Shown: piece after piece, positions 12,695-21,322 of the stretch | How the letters are laid out: every line of letters begins with the position of its first letter | Numbering within the stretch: position 1 is the first letter of the stretch | NCBI GenBank assembly: GCA_038127845.1 | Contig: JAYPIL010000002.1 | Span: 2,572-66,571 of the forward strand | Reading direction: 5' to 3' | Length of the DNA stretch: 64,000 nt | From: Poseidonia sp. | GTDB lineage: Archaea > Thermoplasmatota > Poseidoniia > Poseidoniales > Poseidoniaceae | The notes under the pieces: model-generated | What the model saw: only the letters and a program-made list of their open reading frames with translations | The model's database searches: none | Told to the model about the DNA's origin: nothing | Program-made: the position numbers and the translations under genes

Positions 12695-14062
12695 ATGTAC
12701 CTGATATCGGTTGAAGGTGGAGACGGTTCAGGGAAAGGCGAGGCGGCTCGCATCCTTGGCGAACTGTTGAGTGAATTTCCATTCCCTGAAGTCATCATGA
12801 CCCACGAACCACGTCGCCACAGTGAACTTGGAAAGTTGGCCCTTTCCTCTGTGAAATTGGGCAACAAGACGCCGCTGGAAGAAGCCGGTTTGTTCGCAGC
12901 AGACCGCTTGGATCACTCCCACACCTTCATCCGACCTCATCTTGAAAACGGTGCCGTGGTCGTATCGGACAGGAACATTCACTCTTCGCTGATTTACCAG
13001 GGCGTCGTGGGTGAACTGGGATTGGAGCAAGTAGCGAGCATGAACAGTGCAGCCATGATTCCAGACCTTGTGTTCTGGATCGACTGTGACCCGGAGAAAG
13101 CGATGAAGCGCATCAAATCCGGCACCTTGCGAATGACCAGCCAAAAACAGGAGTATTTTGAGACCGAGGAAATTCAAACCACCATCCGCAAAGGCTTTCA
13201 TGACCTCTTTCAAGGCACCTATTCCATTCCGCAACCCTTCCGCCAGTGCAGTGTTGTTGGGCCCATCATGAACGAAGGAGGACTCGATGACCTGAAATCC
13301 AACCTTCGACGTGAATTGCGTCGCTTCTTTAATCGAAAGCCTGAGCCGTTGAACGTTGATCGAGACAAGGTTGACAGAGCACTGCTCAGCGCACTGGTTC
13401 ACGATGTCAAAAAACAACGCAGGCTTCCTGGGGCACCTCAGGAAAAAACCGCTATCCACCTCGGTTGGTTGGGCGGAAAATCTCCCGCTCAATGGATGCA
13501 GGATGCTGAGGACAATTGGCCGGTTACCTCCGCACAGGACAACGATGTACCCGCATCACCGCTCGCTCATTCATGCTGGTCCATCCTCGGGACACTCTCC
13601 TTGATGGTTGGCTCCAGTGAAGTCCCTCGCCTTCACGCGTCTTTGGGGCCGGTTCGCATGGTCACACAACGGCACACTCAACGCTTGATCAAGTGGATGC
13701 TGATGGAAAATTGGGTCCACAAGCAACAGAATCACACACCCTTTACCGACGCACAATTGTTCAAACTTCGTGACGAGCGAATCGGTTTTGCAAGGCTGAC
13801 CCTGGCCATGTGGCCGCTCCGTTCGGCACTGGCATCGTGGAGACGAGCCAACCCTCTGGGTGCTTGGGAAAATGCACTTGACGAACTCTTTCACGTCGAG
13901 GATGGAAAAGAATTGCAGGGTGCGCTCGTCAAGGCGGTAAACGATATTCACGAACGCTTATCCATCCTCACCAGTGGTCATGAGGGATGTCCTCTTCCAA
14001 CCAACGCTGCTGAACTGCAGGTTTGGTGGTCACTCCCACCACCTCCTCACTCCGACTCTTGA
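12695..14062 (+). CDS. tmk: Thymidylate-kinase-like domain fused to a C-terminal region of about 250 aa of unknown function
   Basis: The track ORF starts at TTG 12689. ATG at 12695 gives MYLISVEGGDGSGKG, 2 nt after the upstream stop. The P-loop region and DRLDHSHTFIRPHLENGAVVVSDRNIHSSLIYQG resemble dTMP kinase. The P-loop reads GSGKG rather than GxGK[ST]. Residues from about 210 to 455 match no family I recognise. Confidence 0.65.
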   Translation: MYLISVEGGDGSGKGEAARILGELLSEFPFPEVIMTHEPRRHSELGKLALSSVKLGNKTPLEEAGLFAADRLDHSHTFIRPHLENGAVVVSDRNIHSSLIYQGVVGELGLEQVASMNSAAMIPDLVFWIDCDPEKAMKRIKSGTLRMTSQKQEYFETEEIQTTIRKGFHDLFQGTYSIPQPFRQCSVVGPIMNEGGLDDLKSNLRRELRRFFNRKPEPLNVDRDKVDRALLSALVHDVKKQRRLPGAPQEKTAIHLGWLGGKSPAQWMQDAEDNWPVTSAQDNDVPASPLAHSCWSILGTLSLMVGSSEVPRLHASLGPVRMVTQRHTQRLIKWMLMENWVHKQQNHTPFTDAQLFKLRDERIGFARLTLAMWPLRSALASWRRANPLGAWENALDELFHVEDGKELQGALVKAVNDIHERLSILTSGHEGCPLPTNAAELQVWWSLPPPPHSDS

Positions 14063-14841
14063 GGGTTGTCTGGCTTTGCGAGGACAAACGAAGCGTTGCC
14101 GGGAAGAAGGACCTGTCCGGCTCCAACAAACGCCTCGGCCCTTGCCGCAAACATAGCGCACGTCAACACGCCCAGACCAAGGCCGAAGGGGATGCCCGTC
14201 AGCACCCGCTTGAGATTCGTCGATTCATAAGCGGTCAAGAGCTGCAAAAATCCGTCAAACAACAACGGCGCGCAGAGAAGCACTCCCACACCCATCCAAA
14301 CCATGGTCCTTCGGTTGCGCTTGTAGGTTGTGTGAAGCCAATCATCGGGAATCAGTGACAGACATGTGTCGCGAACCGTCCACCGATTCCAACCGCGTCT
14401 TGTAAAGAAAAGACCTCCCAAAAACATCCCCAGGAAGATCCCCACGTCACGGGTGCATACGGGAAGTTGGTTGTTATTTACTTCCCAAGAGCGTTCGTGT
14501 TTTTGGTGGCAGTTGACATCACCAAAGCCATAGATGAGGGCCGCATAGGGGTTCAATTCTGTCCAAGCAAGGTTGCCGTGCACATGTTCCACGCTGTCGT
14601 GCTCGTGAGGGGGTATCGGCGTGTTTCCCTGGGAGCCCCAGCCCTCATCGTTGGCGTAATCGAAAGCGTTGGCACGGGCCCCCAAATCTTGGACGGTACC
14701 GGGCTCCATGGTCAAAGGAGCGAGAAAAAACGAAACGAGAAAGAATCCAGAAACACCGGCAACCCACCAACCAATTTTGGCTTCTCGGTCTCTGCCGTCA
14801 AGGCCATTGGGCTCCACATTTCCGCCAGCCAATGCAGTCAC
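14047..14841 (-). CDS. DUF2085-family integral membrane protein
   Basis: 264 aa. CHQKHERSWEVNNNQLPVCTRDVGIF is the characteristic DUF2085 motif, and there are several TM segments. The start is GTG. Its 5' end overlaps the track start of the divergent ORF, so the start is uncertain. Confidence 0.6.
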   Translation of the reverse strand: MTALAGGNVEPNGLDGRDREAKIGWWVAGVSGFFLVSFFLAPLTMEPGTVQDLGARANAFDYANDEGWGSQGNTPIPPHEHDSVEHVHGNLAWTELNPYAALIYGFGDVNCHQKHERSWEVNNNQLPVCTRDVGIFLGMFLGGLFFTRRGWNRWTVRDTCLSLIPDDWLHTTYKRNRRTMVWMGVGVLLCAPLLFDGFLQLLTAYESTNLKRVLTGIPFGLGLGVLTCAMFAARAEAFVGAGQVLLPGNASFVLAKPDNPQESE

Positions 14842-14876
14842 TTGATTGTTTTCACAGCATCCAAGCCTTCAATGCC

Positions 14877-15530
14877 ATGAGGCTCCACCACAACATCATG
14901 GCAGAGGCGTTGCCCCCCCGTATCGGGCTGCGGACAGGCCTCCAGGCGGGGGCCTTCATCGGGTTGTTCCTCGGCTTCTCCCTCGCTGTCGTTTCTGCCC
15001 TAACAGAGCCCGACGCCTTGGTACGACTGGTGCAACTGATGTGCTTGACGCCGTTGGTCTGCGCCGTTCTGCTCGGGCCGTTTTTGGCCTGGCGACGAGC
15101 CCCCGTTGTCGCCAGTGAGGACCCCCTCGAAGAGGTCCGACAGGTCTTGAACCCCTACAACGAGGGCCAAGGGAAATGGAGGGCGCTGAGCCATGTTCGC
15201 AGCGACGGACGCACCGTTCGTGTCGACTTGCACAATTCAACGCAGGCCCTCGGCATCGTCGCAGCGACCCTATCGTTCACGGAACGCTTCCCGATTCGCT
15301 ACATCGTGGGCCGGGGTGAAGCAAGAAGCCGTGAGCCCATGCTTCGCGGCCAGGTGCTGGCCTACATTGAACAACACGTTGACCTCAACCGGCGTCGCCG
15401 GACGGCATCATCGATTGAAGTCCTCCCTGCGTCCATCATTGAGCATATGGAAGCCACGCACAGGATGCATCGAAGGTTGTTCTACCTCCTGCCCATTATC
15501 CTGTTTTTCGCCTGGTTGGAAATGCGATGA
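14877..15530 (+). CDS. Membrane protein with an Smr-like (small MutS-related) domain
   Basis: Two N-terminal TM segments and one C-terminal TM segment. The core VRVDLHNSTQALGIVAATLSF...RYIVGRGEARSREPMLRGQVLAYIEQH resembles the Smr pattern (DLHG...A...iIhGkG.hS...L). The start was moved from 14832 to ATG 14877 to remove overlap with the divergent gene. Confidence 0.45.
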   Translation: MRLHHNIMAEALPPRIGLRTGLQAGAFIGLFLGFSLAVVSALTEPDALVRLVQLMCLTPLVCAVLLGPFLAWRRAPVVASEDPLEEVRQVLNPYNEGQGKWRALSHVRSDGRTVRVDLHNSTQALGIVAATLSFTERFPIRYIVGRGEARSREPMLRGQVLAYIEQHVDLNRRRRTASSIEVLPASIIEHMEATHRMHRRLFYLLPIILFFAWLEMR

Positions 15531-15572
15531 GCAAACGCAACAGGCTATGAGGGGGGAGCCATTCCCACATCC

Positions 15573-16559
15573 ATGGCCAACGATATCGGACGGGCGATGG
15601 CTCGCTTGAGCCACCGGGACATTCGCACTCGGCGGCGGGCTGTGCGGACCTTGTTCGAACACGACGACCCATCGACGCTCGAGGCTTTTGAGGTGCTCCT
15701 CGACGACGAGGACCCTTGGTTTGTCTCAAAGGCGCTCGATGCCTACCGACAGTGGGCTCCCCTTACGGGACCCGAAGATGTGGCCACGTTGTTGCAACAT
15801 CCAAACCTCGATGTCCGTCGTGCTGGGGCGAACCTGCTGGCAACCCTCGGCCGTGGAGGAAGAGCCTTAGCCCTTCAGGCCCTCAACGACGACGACGGTG
15901 TGGTCCAAAAGAAGGCTTCGCAAGCCTTGCTGCGCGTTGCTCAAGAAGGGGATGTTGACACACTCGCATCGCACCCCTCCCCAACCATTCGGGGATTGGC
16001 CATGCAACATGGTGATCTTTCTGCAACCCTGGTGCTGAAGGGGTTGGAAGATGAGGCAGAAACGGTTCGGGGCCACGCTTTGTACGCCACCCTTCAACGA
16101 AATTTGGACATCTCCATTGAAGCTCTGGAACCCTTTTTCGCTGCAGATATTCATGCTGTTTCCATTCTGACATGGGCGTCAGAGAACCAGCCCGATCGAC
16201 TCTCTTCGTTTGCCTCACGCATGAAACCCTCCCACGTGAAAGCCCTCTCTGACCACCTCCGGGAACATGTTTCAACCAGCGAAGATCCCCTCATCAACGG
16301 GCTGACGGAGGCCAATGTGTTGGAGCCCGTTGCAAGGTGGGTTCTTCGGCAGGGGGCTGAAGAAGACGCCCTTCGTTGGTCCCTCATCGAAAACAGAGAC
16401 CTTGCCCTTATTGAACGAAGCAAATTACTGGAGCGTTTGATTGGACGAGCGGGTGAACCAGAAGTGCAAGCCAAAGTTCGCTCATTCATAGAACAGACCA
16501 CCGATGAACTGTTGAAAGTGGCGTGCGAGAACCTATCAACCGCCGCATCTGAACTTTGA
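15573..16559 (+). CDS. HEAT-repeat protein
   Basis: 328 aa. Repeated helical units of HEAT/PBS-lyase type: DIRTRRRAVRTLFEHDDP, DPWFVSKALDAY, NLDVRRAGANLLATLG, DGVVQKKASQALL, SPTIRGLAMQH, ETVRGHALYA. Confidence 0.6.
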   Translation: MANDIGRAMARLSHRDIRTRRRAVRTLFEHDDPSTLEAFEVLLDDEDPWFVSKALDAYRQWAPLTGPEDVATLLQHPNLDVRRAGANLLATLGRGGRALALQALNDDDGVVQKKASQALLRVAQEGDVDTLASHPSPTIRGLAMQHGDLSATLVLKGLEDEAETVRGHALYATLQRNLDISIEALEPFFAADIHAVSILTWASENQPDRLSSFASRMKPSHVKALSDHLREHVSTSEDPLINGLTEANVLEPVARWVLRQGAEEDALRWSLIENRDLALIERSKLLERLIGRAGEPEVQAKVRSFIEQTTDELLKVACENLSTAASEL

Positions 16560-16561
16560 CC

Positions 16562-18370
16562 ATGAGCCGAATCTCCTCGGGGTTTTGCTTTCGCATCAAC
16601 GCCACCCACGGACAAGAACATCGCCTTGAGGCGGGCCTGACCATCGCAGGGCCGTTCACGAGCCGTTCACTGGTCCTGCGCTTCCCCAGATGGGTGCCGG
16701 GCTCGTACTTTCTTCGAGAGCCTATTCAGCACATGTTTGATTTTGAAGCACGTGACCAAGAAGGCCAACCGCTGAAATGGAAACGGGTCGGCGTGGATGG
16801 CATCACGGTTCGTCTCAAGCGCGAAACCAGCGAGGTGGCGGTTGATTACAGCCTGTTTGCAAAAGAGCTGACGGTCCGTTCCAATCATCTTGACGCCACC
16901 CACTTGCACATGATGCCGCCGTTTACGTGGTTCTGGCCAGAAAAAGGTGTGGAAACGGAGCGCCTGGCGCATGACCATGTTGTAGAATTGACAGCCCCTC
17001 AGTCTTGGAGTCCAGCAACGCAACTTGAACAGACGGCTTCAAACCACCACGGAAATGCAACAACATGGACGTTTTCTGCCCGAGGGCGAGACCACCTCTT
17101 GGATAGCATCATGGAAGTGAATCCCAACGCGCCCATCACCCACGTGGTCGATGGCAGAACACATCACCTCAAGTGGTGGGACAGCGGCGGTCACGTCCCC
17201 GATGAAGAACGACTGAACGCGTTCGTCGCTGACATGGAAGCTATCATCAGGGAACATCATGCGCTCTTTGGCGTGCCTGATTGGCCCGATTACACGACGG
17301 TTTTGCACCTCACAGAAACGGGCCGAGGGGGACTTGAGCACATGAATTCACAAACGTCCATGATGCCACGCCAGTGCTTGTTTCCCAACCATGAAGACGA
17401 ATACCGCGATTTGGTGAGTTTGTTTTCTCATGAATATCTCCACCAGTGGAACGTCAAGCGACTTCGACCCAAGTGCTTCCTTGATTACGATCTTCAATCA
17501 GAAACGCATACGGATTTGTTGTGGTGGTTCGAAGGAGGCACCTCGTGGCTCGGTGACATGATGTGTGTGCGCTCGGGAGCATGGACCGAAAAAGACTGGC
17601 GATTGGACTTTGAACGCAAAATGAAGCGCCATACCCAAGGAAATGGCATGCACCGAGAATCCTTGGCTGAATCAAGTCACGATGCGTGGATACATCTCTA
17701 TAGAAGCGGCCCTTACACAAGAGAAAGTCAAATTTCCTACTATCTCGAAGGCGAATTGGCCATGCTCTGTCTCGATGTTGAATTGCGTCGGCGAAACAAA
17801 GGGGTGTTTGGCGCATGTGATCTCATGGCAGAAGTGGTGCGTCGCTTCGCCCTGCATTCGGATGAAGCGGAATCCCATGGCGTTGACTATCGAGACATTC
17901 GGGATGCCCTGAAAGCGTGCCCCGGAGGCTCCAGCATGGGCCCCTTCCTGGACCGCCTTGTCAAGGGCAGGGCACTGCCCAACATCAAGAAGGCCCTGTC
18001 CTACTTCCGCCTGCGGTTGGACCCTCATGCCAAAGACACTGAGGGCCATGGATGGCTGGGCGTCAACCTTCGTGACCAAGGAGGAACGATTCAGATTTCG
18101 ACCTTCCACGCCGGCTCCCCGCTCCGAATGCACTTGCAGGTCGGCGATGAACTGCTGGCCGTCGACGGTGTTCGGTTGAAATCATCACAGCACCTTGCAA
18201 AACTCATTTCAGGAAAAACCGGGCAGCAAATCCAACTTGAGGTTGCTCATGAGGGCATTCTCAACACGGTTGACGTTGAAGTCGTTGCATCCCCTCAACA
18301 CGGTGTCAGGCTTTCAGGCCGTGGAAACCAACATTGGAAAGACTGGATCATGACGCGTCAGGACCCGTGA
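16562..18370 (+). CDS. M61 glycyl-aminopeptidase-family metallopeptidase with a C-terminal PDZ domain
   Basis: HEYLHQWNVKRLRP and WWFEGGTSWLGD are the M61 signatures. The C-terminal GDELLAVDGVRLKS is PDZ-like. The track start is TTG 16556; ATG 16562 follows the upstream stop by 2 nt. Confidence 0.85.
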   Translation: MSRISSGFCFRINATHGQEHRLEAGLTIAGPFTSRSLVLRFPRWVPGSYFLREPIQHMFDFEARDQEGQPLKWKRVGVDGITVRLKRETSEVAVDYSLFAKELTVRSNHLDATHLHMMPPFTWFWPEKGVETERLAHDHVVELTAPQSWSPATQLEQTASNHHGNATTWTFSARGRDHLLDSIMEVNPNAPITHVVDGRTHHLKWWDSGGHVPDEERLNAFVADMEAIIREHHALFGVPDWPDYTTVLHLTETGRGGLEHMNSQTSMMPRQCLFPNHEDEYRDLVSLFSHEYLHQWNVKRLRPKCFLDYDLQSETHTDLLWWFEGGTSWLGDMMCVRSGAWTEKDWRLDFERKMKRHTQGNGMHRESLAESSHDAWIHLYRSGPYTRESQISYYLEGELAMLCLDVELRRRNKGVFGACDLMAEVVRRFALHSDEAESHGVDYRDIRDALKACPGGSSMGPFLDRLVKGRALPNIKKALSYFRLRLDPHAKDTEGHGWLGVNLRDQGGTIQISTFHAGSPLRMHLQVGDELLAVDGVRLKSSQHLAKLISGKTGQQIQLEVAHEGILNTVDVEVVASPQHGVRLSGRGNQHWKDWIMTRQDP

Positions 18371-18809
18371 ACGATGGCAACTCTCGAAGCCGTTCCAGTG
18401 GAACGAAAATGGGTGGCGTGTCCTCAGCGATCGTGTGTTTACTCGTTTTCGGAGGGAAGAGGGAGTCTGAGAGACTCTTCTCAATCACGTCGTGTTTCGT
18501 AAGCGATGTTCGCCCGCAGTTGGGCCAAACGTCAACGTGGATGCGTTCATCGCTCAGATAATTCACGCAAATGGCAGGCACTCGCTTCAACCCGAGCAGG
18601 CGAGCGATGGAATGGCGGTGATGACCATCGAGGATGGACCCCGTCTTGCTGTCCACAATGAGCGGTTTCGTGTAGCCTCCCCACCGCTTGGTCATCTCGA
18701 GGAGTTTGTCCCGATTTCGCTCCTTGATCTCCTCGTGCGGTTTGAGCCAATCAAGCGGAACCAGGGTCACGTCGTCCTCGGTCCACTCCATGCTGTTTCG
18801 AAGCATCAT
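18348..18809 (-). CDS. ParB/sulfiredoxin-fold (ParB N-terminal-like) domain protein
   Basis: WLKPHEEIKERNRDKLLEMTKRWGGYTKPLIVDSKTGSILDGHHRHSIARLLGLKRVPAICVNY matches the ParB-like nuclease-domain pattern. The 333-aa track ORF was trimmed to the ATGATG at 18809, because the upstream part overlaps the divergent cca gene and looks non-protein-like. Confidence 0.6.
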   Translation of the reverse strand: MMLRNSMEWTEDDVTLVPLDWLKPHEEIKERNRDKLLEMTKRWGGYTKPLIVDSKTGSILDGHHRHSIARLLGLKRVPAICVNYLSDERIHVDVWPNCGRTSLTKHDVIEKSLSDSLFPPKTSKHTIAEDTPPIFVPLERLRELPSFTGPDAS

Positions 18810-18932
18810 TGTCCCATAATGCTTTTTCACACCTAGCCCTGCAAACCACCAGAGGCCGCCCAAATGGAAAGCGAAGGTAAACCGTTCTTGGGTATCGAGG
18901 CCGATATCGAAGGTGAGCCTCTGCCTCCTCAG

Positions 18933-20222
18933 ATGCATCGGTGGGTTGCATCGCTTGCCCCTCCACTCATGGACATCATCACGACGCTGGCCAGCCACGG
19001 GCACGGCGTTTGGTTGGTCGGAGGTGCCGTTCGGGACGCCTGGTTGGACCAGACAGCAAACGTTCCCGATATCGATCTCGCCACCACGTGCGAACCTCAA
19101 GAAACTCTTCGCCTCTTCGGCGAGAACGCCATCGCTACCGGCGTAGAATTCGGTACCGTCACGGTCAAGGCTGGCGATCACCAATACGAGGTCACCACAC
19201 TCCGCACAGAATCGCTGTATAGGGACGGTAGAAGACCGGACCATGTCGCTTGGGGGCAATCGCTCCGAGAGGACTTGAGCCGAAGAGATTTCACCTTCAA
19301 CAGCATGGCCATCGATCCTTTGAGGGGCCTTTTCTACGACCCGTTCCACGGGTTGAAAGACCTGAAGGGACGTACGGTAAGGGCAGTTGGCCTGGCTGAA
19401 GAGCGCTGTCGTGAAGATGCGTTACGCATGCTGAGAGCCTACCGTTTCCTCAGTCGGGATGACGAAGGTGTTTGGACAATGGAAGCATCCCTTCACGACG
19501 CCGTTAAGCGATTGGCTTCTCGCTTGAAGGTTGTTGCCATCGAGCGCATTTGGGTCGAACTCCGCAAAATACTGGCCAACAAACACACCGGTGCAGTGCT
19601 TGAGAGAATGAAAGCGGACGGCGTTTTCGAAACCATCCTTCCGTCATGCACCGGCATTGATGACGCCGTGTTCCATGCCTTGGACGACGTGTCCCTTGCC
19701 GCCTTAACCGCAGAGCAATCCTTTGCAGTGTTGATGTTTGAACGGCCAACGAAAACACTGATTCAACAAATGCAACACCTTCGTACTTCCAAAGACTTCC
19801 AAAGGAAGGCGGCTGTATTCCACGAGTCTTTACAGCACCTCCCCTCGACGGATACCCCGTCATTGCGGGTCTTCGACCACATCCTTGGCGCAGAGGCAAG
19901 AGCGCATTTAGCGGTGCGAACGGTCCTTGAAAAGGTGCAAATTGGCGGGACAAACTCAACACCCTCCGCCCAGCAAGTACAGGTTGCGTGGTCAAACCTC
20001 CCGAGCCGAAAATCACCAGAGCATTGTCTGGTCGACGGCCATTGGTTGATGCAACGAACGGGCATTGCGCAGGGAATACGCCTCGGCCGGTTAAAACAAT
20101 GGCTGCACCGTCTCCAAATTGAACAAGACCTTACCACCACGAACGAAATGGAATCCGTCTTGAGTCGCCTGGCGTTTGAGCATGGCGAACATGAGTCATG
20201 GCCGAGACTCACCTTTCCCTGA
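18933..20222 (+). CDS. cca: Class II (bacterial/eukaryotic-type) tRNA nucleotidyltransferase, CCA-adding-like
   Basis: LVGGAVRDAWLD...DIDLATT, TGVEFGTVTV, TLRTESLYRDGRRPD and EDLSRRDFTFNSMA are class II Pol-beta nucleotidyltransferase motifs. The start is either ATG 18933 or ATG 18864. Confidence 0.8.
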   Translation: MHRWVASLAPPLMDIITTLASHGHGVWLVGGAVRDAWLDQTANVPDIDLATTCEPQETLRLFGENAIATGVEFGTVTVKAGDHQYEVTTLRTESLYRDGRRPDHVAWGQSLREDLSRRDFTFNSMAIDPLRGLFYDPFHGLKDLKGRTVRAVGLAEERCREDALRMLRAYRFLSRDDEGVWTMEASLHDAVKRLASRLKVVAIERIWVELRKILANKHTGAVLERMKADGVFETILPSCTGIDDAVFHALDDVSLAALTAEQSFAVLMFERPTKTLIQQMQHLRTSKDFQRKAAVFHESLQHLPSTDTPSLRVFDHILGAEARAHLAVRTVLEKVQIGGTNSTPSAQQVQVAWSNLPSRKSPEHCLVDGHWLMQRTGIAQGIRLGRLKQWLHRLQIEQDLTTTNEMESVLSRLAFEHGEHESWPRLTFP

Positions 20223-20266
20223 TGTGACGGCATCAAATTGATGACACAAGACTCCTTGGACACGGC

Positions 20267-21322
20267 ATGGTCGAGATTCTGCTGCCAGAAAAAGAGGTGT
20301 TCGACTCGAATGTTTCCGAGATCAGCAAGCGCATCGACAGCATGAGCGAAAGCAACACGATGGCAAGGTTGCTGCACTCGAATTTCAAAAACTGGCTCTC
20401 GAGCTCGTCCATGTCTCCCGTAAAACTGACACAAGACCTTGATGCGGACAAGAACGGTGTTATTTCGGGCGATGAATTTGCCGAATTGCTTGGAAAAATG
20501 ACCGGTGAACGGCCTCCTGAATGGGTGGTAGAACTGGTGTTTTCCTTCGTGAAGGCAGATGTCAATCGTGGCATTCCCATCAGCGATTGGATGGCTTTCC
20601 TCGCAGCGAGCGGACTTGAAGTTCCAGACGAAATGTTCGCAGTTCCCGTGATCATTACCGGCTCAATGCTCATTGACCCGCTTCACGCAATCTCCGGCCA
20701 AAGCATCACCATCACTGCGTCGTTTAACGAACCCGTCGACGCCTATGAAATCCGGGTAGCGAACATGGAAAAGGGAACGTCCGAGTCGTTCACCACCGCG
20801 CAAGCGGACATGGATGCACCCGTGCTCGATGAGTTCATTCTTGAAGCGGATGAAGCAGGAGAATACCGTATTGAGCTCTTGCACCTGGGCGTTCGATTGG
20901 ACGAAGGCGTCTTCCAAGTGGAAGCCCTGCCCGAGCCAGAGGAATCACCCGAAATTGAACTTGAAGAAGACGAGGTGGATGAAGAATCCGAGCCGATGCC
21001 ACCCCCGTCCACCACTGGATTTCAAACACTGGTTGACACACTGCACGGTGCCCGTCTCCGCAGCGAGACGCAACACATCATCGAACAGGAAGGGCATCAT
21101 CACGTGCGATGCACGGTTCTTTCCTCTGCCCGAACGTTGTTGGGTGAAGGGCCCTACAGGAACGGTTCCACCCTGACCTGCTTGAGCGAAGAAGGAACCC
21201 GGTTTGAATTGATGATGCTCGCTGACGAGCGAGAGTTCGACGACAACAGCGTTCTCGAAGCGGCTGTTGCACCCCACCAGTGGTCCCTTGCACTCCGCCA
21301 GTTGGTGTGTCGAGAAGTGTGA
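20267..21322 (+). CDS. Acidic EF-hand-containing protein of unknown function
   Basis: 351 aa. Canonical 12-residue EF loop DADKNGVISGDE encoded at 20441-20476, followed by FAELL. The remainder is acidic and Ig-like/unknown. Confidence 0.55.
   Translation: MVEILLPEKEVFDSNVSEISKRIDSMSESNTMARLLHSNFKNWLSSSSMSPVKLTQDLDADKNGVISGDEFAELLGKMTGERPPEWVVELVFSFVKADVNRGIPISDWMAFLAASGLEVPDEMFAVPVIITGSMLIDPLHAISGQSITITASFNEPVDAYEIRVANMEKGTSESFTTAQADMDAPVLDEFILEADEAGEYRIELLHLGVRLDEGVFQVEALPEPEESPEIELEEDEVDEESEPMPPPSTTGFQTLVDTLHGARLRSETQHIIEQEGHHHVRCTVLSSARTLLGEGPYRNGSTLTCLSEEGTRFELMMLADEREFDDNSVLEAAVAPHQWSLALRQLVCREV

Noticed and set aside
18810-19349. N-terminal 180 aa of the 333-aa track ORF containing the ParB-like domain
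   Set aside because: This part overlaps the divergent cca gene, which has strong class II nucleotidyltransferase motifs in that region. It also translates to Arg/Gly/Val-rich sequence. The ParB-like domain starts cleanly at ATGATG 18809.
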